The notes under the pieces: model-generated
The model's database searches: none
What the model was told of the DNA's origin: nothing
Seen by the model: only the letters and a program-made list of their open reading frames with translations
Translations under genes and position numbers: made by a program
Shown here: piece by piece, positions 1-9,328 of the stretch
Position numbering within the stretch: position 1 is the stretch's first letter
How the letters are laid out: each line of letters starts with the position of its first letter
IMG/VR virus record: IMGVR_UViG_3300044513_003136
Span: 1-35,675 of that record
DNA length: 35,675 bases
Strand: one strand, 5' to 3'
Source: a virus
Taxonomy: Duplodnaviria; Caudoviricetes

Positions 1-69
1 GCCGCCACCAAAAGCAGTTAGAACCTGTACAGTATCTTGATCTCCTAGCGTAACCGGTACATATGCCAT
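1..69 (-). CDS. 5' part of a probable virion structural protein running off the window (MAYVPVTLGDQDTVQVLTAFGGG...)
   Basis: ATG at 69, 1 nt past the TGA of the 71..406 gene; frame open to the window edge. Confidence 0.7.
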   Translation of the reverse strand, partial: MAYVPVTLGDQDTVQVLTAFGGG

Positions 70-70
70 A

Positions 71-406
71 TCAGGTTACTCCCTTTCTAACCAGTACCAT
101 ACCCTCAATCACTCTAGTTTTTTTGTTGCCACTATCTATTACTAGGTCATAAACATATCTACCCTCTTTTAACTCGGCAGTTTGACCTGCAGTTAATCCA
201 ATAGAAACAATACCAGTAGAGGGGGCATCAATAGCAACAGTAAAATTAATTTTATTTTTACTGTCGGCATGTTTCCCCATCTTTGCTTGTCCTATATACC
301 CACTAAGATTTAATGGGGCATTTCCAGAACTATTTGCTAGGGTAAAAACCTGCTCAAAGTCTGTTCCCGTATTGATCACCAGGTTGTTTACATAAACAGC
401 AGACAT
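71..406 (-). CDS. Small virion structural protein (baseplate-associated beta-sandwich, BppU-N-like)
   Basis: 111 aa; NLVINTGTDFEQVF...GRYVYDLVI...RVIEG pattern typical of cyanomyovirus structural proteins; late promoter upstream. Confidence 0.7.
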   Translation of the reverse strand: MSAVYVNNLVINTGTDFEQVFTLANSSGNAPLNLSGYIGQAKMGKHADSKNKINFTVAIDAPSTGIVSIGLTAGQTAELKEGRYVYDLVIDSGNKKTRVIEGMVLVRKGVT

Positions 407-425
407 TTGATACTTATCTTTTCAA

Positions 426-632
426 CTATTTATCTAAGAACCGTTTCAACATATTTTTAAGTTCATCAATTTCATCTCTCAATTCTTGAATTTCTTTCTT
501 TTGAATCAATTTAGAATTTCTAGATTTGATATAATTTTTATATGCTTCGTCATCGCAATTTACAATCGCTCCAGTATTTTTGTCGCGATATAAACTACGA
601 TGACCTTCAACCTTTATCTTATGCAAGAGCAA
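426..632 (-). CDS. Small hypothetical protein with C-terminal coiled coil
   Basis: IKVEGH..LYRD..TGAIVNCD followed by heptad helix; no ATG near the 5' end, so the start is uncertain (TTG 632/626 or ATA 617). Confidence 0.7.
   Translation of the reverse strand: MLLHKIKVEGHRSLYRDKNTGAIVNCDDEAYKNYIKSRNSKLIQKKEIQELRDEIDELKNMLKRFLDK
427..434 (-). promoter_or_regulatory. T4-type late promoter GATAAATA
   Basis: NATAAATA 20 nt upstream of the 71..406 start. Confidence 0.6.
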
Positions 633-3600
633 TAACCCTCAAATCTCTTAATTTAATTGGTTTTGATTCATCAGTTCCACTCATAACAATTTTAATTTGG
701 AATCCACTAAATTGATCCAAATCATCTGCAGTGAATTGATAATCAATAAACTCATCCGAAGCACTTGATCTTACAAACTTATCGGCAAGACCATTATTAT
801 TTGCTGGGTTGATAACCCTATCGCCATAACCATCGCCATCAGTATCCGTAAGATTTGTATATCCTGGGAATGGTAGGTATGATTGATCAACTTCAGTAGA
901 ATCTGCTTTAAATAATCTATAAAATACTCTAAAGTCCGCAGATGCATCACGATATGCTGCAAGTATAACTTTTAGAGAAGTTGCTGGATTTTGGATATTG
1001 ATCCTCTTAGAAATATAGATCGAAGAATGTGGATCACCAGTAATCAGATTTGCTCCAGGATTATTTGCATAATTATCAAATGGTTTATTAACTCTATTTC
1101 TACCAAGAACAACAGTTGATAGTTCCCCAAGATCGACAACAGGAGACATATATTTGTTTCCATTGTTATTCATCTTGATCGCAAGAGTTAATGATTTATT
1201 TCTTGGAAGATCGCCAAGATATTCTTGCTCATTTATATGTGAAGCAACCAATCTTGAAGAAGATAGTTTATTTTCAATATTTAATTCAACTGGCTCATAT
1301 CCTAGATCTAAGAAAGAAACTTCAGTTCCATCAACACTCGTTCCAGTTATTGTTCTTACCTCTGCACTGATAGATGTATTTCCTGGAGTAAATACATTGA
1401 ATTGTGGGGTGATAGAACTATATTGAATATTTTGTGATAATGAGCAATTAGAACCTCCAACCTCTCTTTCACCAGTAAAACTTAACTGATTCAGACCAGA
1501 GTCTCTTCCAGTTCTATCAATAGAAATATAATAATTATCTGCAGTATTTGCATTGAAAACTGCCGTTTCATTATCACCCATGCTATGTGTTGTATTAATT
1601 CTGGTAAGAGAAATATTATTTAATTCATACTTATAGATCAAACCTCCAGTATAGTGAGATCTAATAATTGAATTGTTGATTCCTCTGGTAATACCATTCA
1701 AAGTATTTGTTCCAGTACTTGTATATGCAATAATTTCGTTGCCAACATATGCATATCCTGTATTTGCGGCACTTACTGGATTATTTTCAAAACTAGTAAA
1801 TATACCAACATTATCAACAGTTATCTGTGTTGAAGATCCAGAAATATCAGCATCAATTTTTACAGGTATTGTTGTTGGGAATACATTTGAAATTGAAACC
1901 TTATTAGAAACGGAATGCATTGCATGATTATGATCAAATACTTCAATAACATTACCCTCATAGAATGCATTCAAAACTTCGCTCTTCTGTACAAATGTAG
2001 ATCCCATAGAAATAGCAGTTTGTCCCGAATAATATACTAAAGGAGTAGATGCTGTTGGTTTAAATGTTTCGCCCTGAACATCAGTTAGGTATAATGTATT
2101 CACACCAGTGATACTTGCAACAGTTATCCTCGCCCCAAATCCAGTATTTGAAACACTTGAAGTTGTAATTCCAAGAACATCTCCAGCAATATAACCATCA
2201 CCTTGATTGGTAATTGTTACAGAACTTACAGCGTTGCTGGAAACTACTACTGTTGCTGTAGCGCCAGTCCCATTTCCAGTTTGGGAATACAGTGGAACAT
2301 TATTATAAGTTCCATCTTTATAATTTGACCCAGCATCAGTGATAGATAAACCACTCGGAGTAGTTACCTGACCACCTAGGTTTTCAATAAACCCATGTAC
2401 GGTATTTCCAACGCCAACCTTTGTTCCAATGCTCAATACACTGGATAAAGTTGAAGATGTATTAACACCTACAATTAATTTTCTTGGTAAAGTTCTAATT
2501 GGATCGGTAATTGTATTATAAACATTTTCATCTGAGAAGAAAGTATCTTTCTGCAGAGATGGATTATAAAAATATAAAGTTCCCGATGATTCTCCAAAAT
2601 TACATCTATTTAATCTGAATTTCAAATCTTCAAACTGACTTGGAGTCCAAACTGTTCCATTTTGTGATTTATATAGAGAACCGCCAGTATATTGTCTGGA
2701 ATAGATGACAGATTCAACATTTGGTAGAGATGAAGTTGCAACTGTTTTTTCACCAACTCTAGCAATCCATGCGTTATAGTTTACGGATTGTGGCGCAAGA
2801 AGGACAATTGCATATTCAGTATCTGGTTCCAAATAAATTGGACATTCAAATTCTGCTCTAGTATATGCTGCATTATCAGCATCATTACTAGTAACAACCT
2901 GAGAGGGAGTCAACTCTACACGAGCTTTCTCATCAACCAAAATGCCAGTTGGGATTCCCAATTCAACTGTTCTAATTTCAACAAATAAATTGATATTTAA
3001 ATCTTTTGATTGCATCCAAATATCAACAGACTTAACAAATCCTCCTTGTGCATCAGTAGTGAAAGTTTGGGAAAGAGGATCACCTCTTCTTACCCTTGGT
3101 GGTGGTGGCGGTGGTGGTGGAGGTGGTCTTCTAACTGTTACTCTAACTGTTTCATATGTTCTCAATGTACCCGAGGATGAGTATTGGGTTTCTGCATGAG
3201 AAGTTAAATATCCTGCTGGAAGTTGACCTTCGTCAATAGAACTTGAAGATAATCTGAAAACTTTTGTTCCTGTTTTTATTCTAACTAGTGGAGTTGGTGT
3301 GGCATTAGGATTTCTTAGGAAGAATGCGCCTATTACAGTTCCAGCATCATCTGAGATTAACCTATTTTCGGAAACGGTTGCTTCTGCATTAGATGTTCTT
3401 CCTACTAATGTAATACCTTTTTTGATATATCCAGAAAATCTTCCTTCAGCAGATTTGCAAAGGGAATCCAAATCCACATTTATAACGGTTGATGCTGAGT
3501 TGTATCCTGGCAAACCTAAAGATTGATTATAAGGATTTCCATTGTAAATTACTGATGGGTTGCTATAATCTCCTTTTTTATGATTTTGACTTGCAACTCT

Positions 3601-6600
3601 GAAAGAAATAATCCTATTATTCCCATCAAATCCATCAACAGTTTCTCCAACCTGGAATTGCCCAGAAACCATAGCAATTTGAATAAGTTTTGGTATGATA
3701 TCTATAGATTTATTTTTATCGAGGAATGAGAAATGCTGGGTAAATGGTTGTAATCCAGTTGCATAAAATTGTACATTTCTTGATCTCATGTACCTTTCTG
3801 CTTCACTACTCATTACAACATTTTCCAAATAGGTTCCATTCCAAGAACCCCAAGTAAATCTTGTTCTTCCTCTATTAATTACAATGTCTCTAATCCATGT
3901 ATCCGATCTTGGACTTAAAGTCATGTTACCTTCCATTTCCACAGCAGAAAATGGATTAACATTTTCAACCCTTGTTGCAAGAGGTTGAGTTAAATTTCTC
4001 CAAGTTTCAACATCATATGATAAAGTTGCAAATTCTCCACTTTTTTGAATGTTAGAATCTAATAAATCATAATTTGTATTATATGATAATGTATCCATAG
4101 ACAGACCGCTTCTTGGTGCTGCTATCATCTCAAGAGTAAATAAATCTAACTTAGATGATAATGCTTTTTCATCAGAAAATATTGTACATTTTAGATCTGG
4201 ACTAGAAATATCTGTTAGAGAGAGATTTTTAAAATCATCCACAAAGAAACCAGATTTAAATCTTGACAGACCATCAGAATCTTGTATTTGAAGTGTTTTT
4301 GTATCTACTTCCAATAAAGATAATGAAGTAGTTTCTTCTAAATTCTTAACTCTGTCATCAAGAGATCCAATATCTCTCATCGTATATCTTCTATTATCTT
4401 TCAGTAAAACAGTAGCATCATCTGCATTATAAAGATATGCTGGAAGAGAGATGGTAGCAACATGCATACCATCTTCGATTAAATTTGGTCCTTTTGGTTG
4501 TAGCTCTGGAGTTCCTTGAATTAGTTTAAACTCACCAGATTTGTGTAATACTAATTTATCAATTCTTGGCAAATAATAAGAATATCCAATGAGAGCATTT
4601 TCATTTGGAGAAAGAATTGAATTATTTGTATTAGTTGCTGGATTTTCTGTTCTTGCCTTAAAGGAGAATGGAGAATATGAGTTAGTTGGATCAAAATCTG
4701 CTAACTGAGGTCTAATATCAATGATATCGGAACATCTGGTTCCATCAGATAAAACTGGAATATCTTTAGAATATCTCTCTCTGCCATAACTATTTACTGT
4801 GTAAATATCACCAGTATCATTGCTTGGGGTTTGATACCTATCAAATATAACTGTTAGTCTTCTGCTTGGAGATCCTCCAGATTCTCTAATAATTCTAGAA
4901 TAATCGGATAGTTGGTGTTTGTGACCTTTATCTAATCTATAATTTGAAGTTCTATCCAGATATTTGCCAAAAGTGATATCTTGTAAAATTGCTTGTATTC
5001 CAGACTCTTCATAAACGACAGTTTCTCCAACTTCAAAGTTAAATTGATTCAATTTAACAATTTCAATAGTGGAGGAAGATTTTCCTAGAACAACTTGTGC
5101 GATTGCTCCAGAAGTTAAACCCCTAACTTTTTCTCCAGGAATAGATGCTAAGTCTAAATTTAAAGATGATGTGAATGTTAATGAATCAAGCACTGGATCT
5201 GATTGATCTAATGATTCATAGACAGCAAGCACTTTTACTACATCGGTGGTATTGAGACTGATATCGGCATCTTCAACCCTAAGACCATAATATTTGTTCT
5301 TTGTTAGACCATTTTCAAGAACTTTACTATCTGATCTAGTTTTTGAAATTGATAGTTTTCTACTTCTTTGATATTTTTTAACTTTGCTTCTTATGGATGT
5401 TTTTTTGACGGTTACATTTATAACGAGATTGGTTCTATTTGTAAGTAGACCATTGAAAGTTACTTCAGTGGAATTTGAATTCAATACAACTTGTTCGGAT
5501 TTTAAAGATGCAATAGTTAGACCTTCATCATAACTAATTGAATATCTTTCAACGTCAAATCCCTCAAAAAATCCTGACGATAATCCAACATCTGCAATAG
5601 TTACTGTTACAGACCCATTACCATCGGTTGATTTTCCTGTAACTTGTCTATAAGTTACTAAATTTGTTTTGGATAAATCTGTAGATGAAACATTTTGATG
5701 CCCAAGTTTTGCATACAAGAAAGAATTTTCTTCATTTCTTATTTTTGGTACACCAAGTACAAATGGTACTACTTTTGCACCAGAGGTAAGTGAACCATCA
5801 CATACTTCCGAAACTGTTGCTACATCATCTAAAGTTAATGTTTTACCATCAGCAGAAATTGCAGTAATTGTGTTAAATGTTTCAACATCATTATCCGATT
5901 CTTGGAATCTGATAATAGATCCAATTTTTATACCGGTAAATACTTTTCCTGGGCAGAATGCAATCGTTCCATTTACAAATAGTTGATCTGCTGCAGTAAA
6001 TTTTGGTGGAATAACTCTATCTAGAACAGTATCTGCTGTAAATGTATTTGACCAACCAAATACATTTGAACCACCAACTTCGGCGGATTGTGATACTGAT
6101 TTAACATCACTTATACTATAAGTGGTTACTGATTTAACAGTTCTTGGAGTTTCGGAAGTTCCATTAATTTCAATTTGCTCACCAACTAAAAACTGTCCAG
6201 AAGTTCCGGATATTGTAATAGTTGCAGATCCTGCAGCTGCTGTAGTGTAACCTGATGCAGAACTATTCTTTCCTAAAATATATGAAGTTTCTGGACACTC
6301 TGTTCCATTTAATGCTTCATTTAATTCTATAGTTGTATAAGTTTGAATATCATAAAGGTATAAATTCCATTCAGATGCTGCATTTAGATATGGAACATTT
6401 GCACTATTAAAACTATATACTCTTGCTTTACCAATTAATGATCCATCATTATTTCCGTTTGCTAATTTTCTTCTGTTATATAAGTCGATAGTATTGCTTG
6501 TATCTAAATCTGTTCTTGGAACTCCGCGAACATTATTAACCTTTAAAAGACTTCCCATTTCAAATGGGATTGATGCAAGATCAACTGACGCTGTTGTTCT

Positions 6601-7731
6601 TGGTTTTGGTGCATCGATAAGAGTTAATGATGTGTTAATATCATATCCTCTTACATATGCTTTTCCTGGAGAAATTTTATAAGTTAGTAAATCATCAGAT
6701 GGTTGATTTCCATCTTGGGTAGTTTGGGATTTTAAATATGCTCCAGTTGTTCCAACCTCATCATTAAGAGAATTTTCTGGGTCAACTTCAAAAGGAATAA
6801 CTGAGTAATCTCCAGATTCTTCATAAGTTCTTTTTGCTAGATAATCTAAAATAGAATTATATTCTGTTTTATCTTGAATCTTTTTAATTTCTCCATCAAT
6901 AACTCTAAGAATTTCTATAAAATTCTTATCATCATAATCAGTTAGATTCTTTTTAGATAAAGTTGTAGAAATTTTTAATCTATCTGCTCCAGGTGCAGAA
7001 TAATTAGAAAAACCCTTAGCATTGTCATATAAAGTGCTATCACCTTTAGCGGTTACTATTTCCTCACTAACAGTTAGACCAATTCTATATGATGGTGTAT
7101 TTGAATATTGATCTAAAAGTAAAATATCTGGATCAACTCTTACAAAACTTCCTCTAATATAATATATTCCTTCGTTTATTAAACATGCAGATCCAATTGA
7201 TGTTGCATCAAGATCAATTGTCGTTGAAAATGCTTCCCCTGCTGGGATTGATGTATTTCCATAAGTAATACTTTCATTAGTAATTAAATTTTCTCCATCA
7301 ACAAATGGAGAAAACTCACTATCAACATTACCCCCTCTATATCCAATGTACAGAGTTTCATACCCCTCATCGGATTGTGATGCTGGTAAATAATATCTAA
7401 CAACTGCCTTTACCTGAGATGATTCTCCCCTAATTTCCTTTCCAACAAGTTGGGAAAGATATAATGAAATATCATTTCCCAAAAATGTAGAATTCAACCT
7501 TACCGCGCAGAATGAACCTTCATAGGAAACAGATCCTGGAATAATTACAGAACCATCTTTAAAGAAATGATTTCCAAAAGATTCAATTTGATTCTGCAAA
7601 AGCGATTGAATCGTAGTTAATTCTCTCGCCTGTACTGGAAATCCAGGTTTAAATAATACCTTGTGAAAATTCTTCGCTGCATCAAAATCATCATAATATG
7701 GGGTGGTATTTAAGTTTGTCTTTTGTGGCAT
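619..7731 (-). CDS. vrlC: VrlC-like / DUF4815 large virion structural protein (2370 aa)
   Basis: N-terminal NLNTTPYYDDFD..KNFHKVLFKPGFPVQARELTTIQS; APGADRLKI; RRYTMRDIG..RFKSGFFVDDF; GDPLSQTF; position after gp8 as in cyanomyoviruses. Confidence 0.85.
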   Translation of the reverse strand: MPQKTNLNTTPYYDDFDAAKNFHKVLFKPGFPVQARELTTIQSLLQNQIESFGNHFFKDGSVIIPGSVSYEGSFCAVRLNSTFLGNDISLYLSQLVGKEIRGESSQVKAVVRYYLPASQSDEGYETLYIGYRGGNVDSEFSPFVDGENLITNESITYGNTSIPAGEAFSTTIDLDATSIGSACLINEGIYYIRGSFVRVDPDILLLDQYSNTPSYRIGLTVSEEIVTAKGDSTLYDNAKGFSNYSAPGADRLKISTTLSKKNLTDYDDKNFIEILRVIDGEIKKIQDKTEYNSILDYLAKRTYEESGDYSVIPFEVDPENSLNDEVGTTGAYLKSQTTQDGNQPSDDLLTYKISPGKAYVRGYDINTSLTLIDAPKPRTTASVDLASIPFEMGSLLKVNNVRGVPRTDLDTSNTIDLYNRRKLANGNNDGSLIGKARVYSFNSANVPYLNAASEWNLYLYDIQTYTTIELNEALNGTECPETSYILGKNSSASGYTTAAAGSATITISGTSGQFLVGEQIEINGTSETPRTVKSVTTYSISDVKSVSQSAEVGGSNVFGWSNTFTADTVLDRVIPPKFTAADQLFVNGTIAFCPGKVFTGIKIGSIIRFQESDNDVETFNTITAISADGKTLTLDDVATVSEVCDGSLTSGAKVVPFVLGVPKIRNEENSFLYAKLGHQNVSSTDLSKTNLVTYRQVTGKSTDGNGSVTVTIADVGLSSGFFEGFDVERYSISYDEGLTIASLKSEQVVLNSNSTEVTFNGLLTNRTNLVINVTVKKTSIRSKVKKYQRSRKLSISKTRSDSKVLENGLTKNKYYGLRVEDADISLNTTDVVKVLAVYESLDQSDPVLDSLTFTSSLNLDLASIPGEKVRGLTSGAIAQVVLGKSSSTIEIVKLNQFNFEVGETVVYEESGIQAILQDITFGKYLDRTSNYRLDKGHKHQLSDYSRIIRESGGSPSRRLTVIFDRYQTPSNDTGDIYTVNSYGRERYSKDIPVLSDGTRCSDIIDIRPQLADFDPTNSYSPFSFKARTENPATNTNNSILSPNENALIGYSYYLPRIDKLVLHKSGEFKLIQGTPELQPKGPNLIEDGMHVATISLPAYLYNADDATVLLKDNRRYTMRDIGSLDDRVKNLEETTSLSLLEVDTKTLQIQDSDGLSRFKSGFFVDDFKNLSLTDISSPDLKCTIFSDEKALSSKLDLFTLEMIAAPRSGLSMDTLSYNTNYDLLDSNIQKSGEFATLSYDVETWRNLTQPLATRVENVNPFSAVEMEGNMTLSPRSDTWIRDIVINRGRTRFTWGSWNGTYLENVVMSSEAERYMRSRNVQFYATGLQPFTQHFSFLDKNKSIDIIPKLIQIAMVSGQFQVGETVDGFDGNNRIISFRVASQNHKKGDYSNPSVIYNGNPYNQSLGLPGYNSASTVINVDLDSLCKSAEGRFSGYIKKGITLVGRTSNAEATVSENRLISDDAGTVIGAFFLRNPNATPTPLVRIKTGTKVFRLSSSSIDEGQLPAGYLTSHAETQYSSSGTLRTYETVRVTVRRPPPPPPPPPPRVRRGDPLSQTFTTDAQGGFVKSVDIWMQSKDLNINLFVEIRTVELGIPTGILVDEKARVELTPSQVVTSNDADNAAYTRAEFECPIYLEPDTEYAIVLLAPQSVNYNAWIARVGEKTVATSSLPNVESVIYSRQYTGGSLYKSQNGTVWTPSQFEDLKFRLNRCNFGESSGTLYFYNPSLQKDTFFSDENVYNTITDPIRTLPRKLIVGVNTSSTLSSVLSIGTKVGVGNTVHGFIENLGGQVTTPSGLSITDAGSNYKDGTYNNVPLYSQTGNGTGATATVVVSSNAVSSVTITNQGDGYIAGDVLGITTSSVSNTGFGARITVASITGVNTLYLTDVQGETFKPTASTPLVYYSGQTAISMGSTFVQKSEVLNAFYEGNVIEVFDHNHAMHSVSNKVSISNVFPTTIPVKIDADISGSSTQITVDNVGIFTSFENNPVSAANTGYAYVGNEIIAYTSTGTNTLNGITRGINNSIIRSHYTGGLIYKYELNNISLTRINTTHSMGDNETAVFNANTADNYYISIDRTGRDSGLNQLSFTGEREVGGSNCSLSQNIQYSSITPQFNVFTPGNTSISAEVRTITGTSVDGTEVSFLDLGYEPVELNIENKLSSSRLVASHINEQEYLGDLPRNKSLTLAIKMNNNGNKYMSPVVDLGELSTVVLGRNRVNKPFDNYANNPGANLITGDPHSSIYISKRINIQNPATSLKVILAAYRDASADFRVFYRLFKADSTEVDQSYLPFPGYTNLTDTDGDGYGDRVINPANNNGLADKFVRSSASDEFIDYQFTADDLDQFSGFQIKIVMSGTDESKPIKLRDLRVIALA

Positions 7732-7735
7732 TTTC

Positions 7736-9304
7736 TTAGAATTCCAGTATTACTTTGATGTCTTCTTTTTGCCTTGGGTTTCTAGAAACTGAAGTTCTAT
7801 TATCCAAGTAAATAATTTCACCTGTCTTTTTATTTATCTCAGGAAAAGCAACTCCTGATTGGAATTGGACTCCCAAATCAATAATTCTTGTATTTACTGT
7901 CGTAGAAATACCGGTAAAATTAGTATCTATAGATGCTCCGATTGGAGAAATTGGTCCACCAGAAGCACTAAAGTCTACTAATTTTGCATCGGAAGAGATT
8001 CCAATATAATCTTTATGAGTTAATCTATCACCAAAGAATAAACTTCTATCATTATAATACTTTAAAACCTTAGTTTCACTGTCATATGATGCAATATATC
8101 CCTTTGCTTTAACATCATTGCCATTTTCATCAGTTACAGTTTGAGTTATTTCTTGCCCGATAGTAACTACAAGATTATCCTCATTTAGTTTTAATGAATA
8201 TAATCCAGAAAATTCTGAAGATGTTAATGCAGAGTCTGAATTAAATTGTTTTGGATTTTTGATGATTCCAATTTGTGCAAATTTAGTATCTAAAGGAAAA
8301 TCTTTAGATGAATCATCAAATCTGACATAAATCAAAATCTTATCAGATCCCAACTCAGAATAGATATCATATCCATGACCCTTAGATGGGGGAATAATTG
8401 GGATTAACTCTGCAAAAGAACCTCCTCCAGTTCCCACCAGACCATTAAAATTATCTAAATCTACGATCCCATATGTATATCCTTGACCACCACTGGCAAC
8501 AGTTGCATTTGTTATTTCTCCAAGGGAATTAACTTCAATAATTGCTTCTCCGCCAGTTCCATCACCTAAAATATCACATCTTCCACCACCCGATGGAGTC
8601 GAATAATTTCCACCCCTCCTACTGATGTAAATTTTCTTGATTTGGTTATTATTTACATCAGAATTGGCACTATCTCTAATTACTTTTACGTCTTCTGAGG
8701 TAGTTGTTTCCCAATCATTTGGTACAGGAATATATTCTGTTGAATCAAATTTGATAATATCTGAAGGGGATATTGTAAACAGGTACTTCCAGATATACCC
8801 ATCACCACTTTCTCCAGCTCTTGATGGTTCTAATCCAGTAAATTTTGGTTCATCCAAGGATGGATTTCCTGTTGGATTGTCAACATTAGAACCATTGTCG
8901 ATACAAATATAAACTCTGAAATCAGAATTGACGACATAATAATTTGCATCATACAATCTTGAAGATTGTGTAACTGGTGATAGGTTATCAATTCCATAAT
9001 CATGCCTGTACATTTCATATTTCGTACCTGCAGTCCAATTAATTCTTCTAACAATTCTTCTAATGTTGACTGATTTAATTTTTTTTCCAAACAACATTGT
9101 ATCTCTGTTGTGTGCCAACTTCGAGAAATTGTCAGATGGAATCAATGGACTCTGGTTCCATGATTCAGTTCTTCCATAACCAGTAACTGCTGGGTTTGTA
9201 AGACCCATAAACATATAATAAATATCTTCTTCATTGTTCACCGAATCAATGAAGTTCTTTGCATTAGCAATTCTAAATTGGTCTGTAACTATTGCCCCAG
9301 TCAT
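7736..9304 (-). CDS. gp8: Baseplate wedge subunit gp8
   Basis: AIVTDQFRI; RRINWTAGTKYEMYRHDY; YYVVNSDFRVYICIDN; GDGYIWKYLFTI; C-terminal QKEDIKVILEF. Confidence 0.9.
   Translation of the reverse strand: MTGAIVTDQFRIANAKNFIDSVNNEEDIYYMFMGLTNPAVTGYGRTESWNQSPLIPSDNFSKLAHNRDTMLFGKKIKSVNIRRIVRRINWTAGTKYEMYRHDYGIDNLSPVTQSSRLYDANYYVVNSDFRVYICIDNGSNVDNPTGNPSLDEPKFTGLEPSRAGESGDGYIWKYLFTISPSDIIKFDSTEYIPVPNDWETTTSEDVKVIRDSANSDVNNNQIKKIYISRRGGNYSTPSGGGRCDILGDGTGGEAIIEVNSLGEITNATVASGGQGYTYGIVDLDNFNGLVGTGGGSFAELIPIIPPSKGHGYDIYSELGSDKILIYVRFDDSSKDFPLDTKFAQIGIIKNPKQFNSDSALTSSEFSGLYSLKLNEDNLVVTIGQEITQTVTDENGNDVKAKGYIASYDSETKVLKYYNDRSLFFGDRLTHKDYIGISSDAKLVDFSASGGPISPIGASIDTNFTGISTTVNTRIIDLGVQFQSGVAFPEINKKTGEIIYLDNRTSVSRNPRQKEDIKVILEF
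7831..7838 (-). promoter_or_regulatory. Late promoter GATAAATA inside the gp8 3' end
   Basis: About 100 nt upstream of the vrlC ATG. Confidence 0.5.
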
Positions 9305-9319
9305 TTCGGTTTTTTCTTC

Positions 9320-9327
9320 TATTTATA
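9320..9327 (-). promoter_or_regulatory. T4 late promoter TATAAATA
   Basis: Perfect gp55 consensus 15 nt upstream of the gp8 ATG. Confidence 0.8.
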
Positions 9328-9328
9328 C

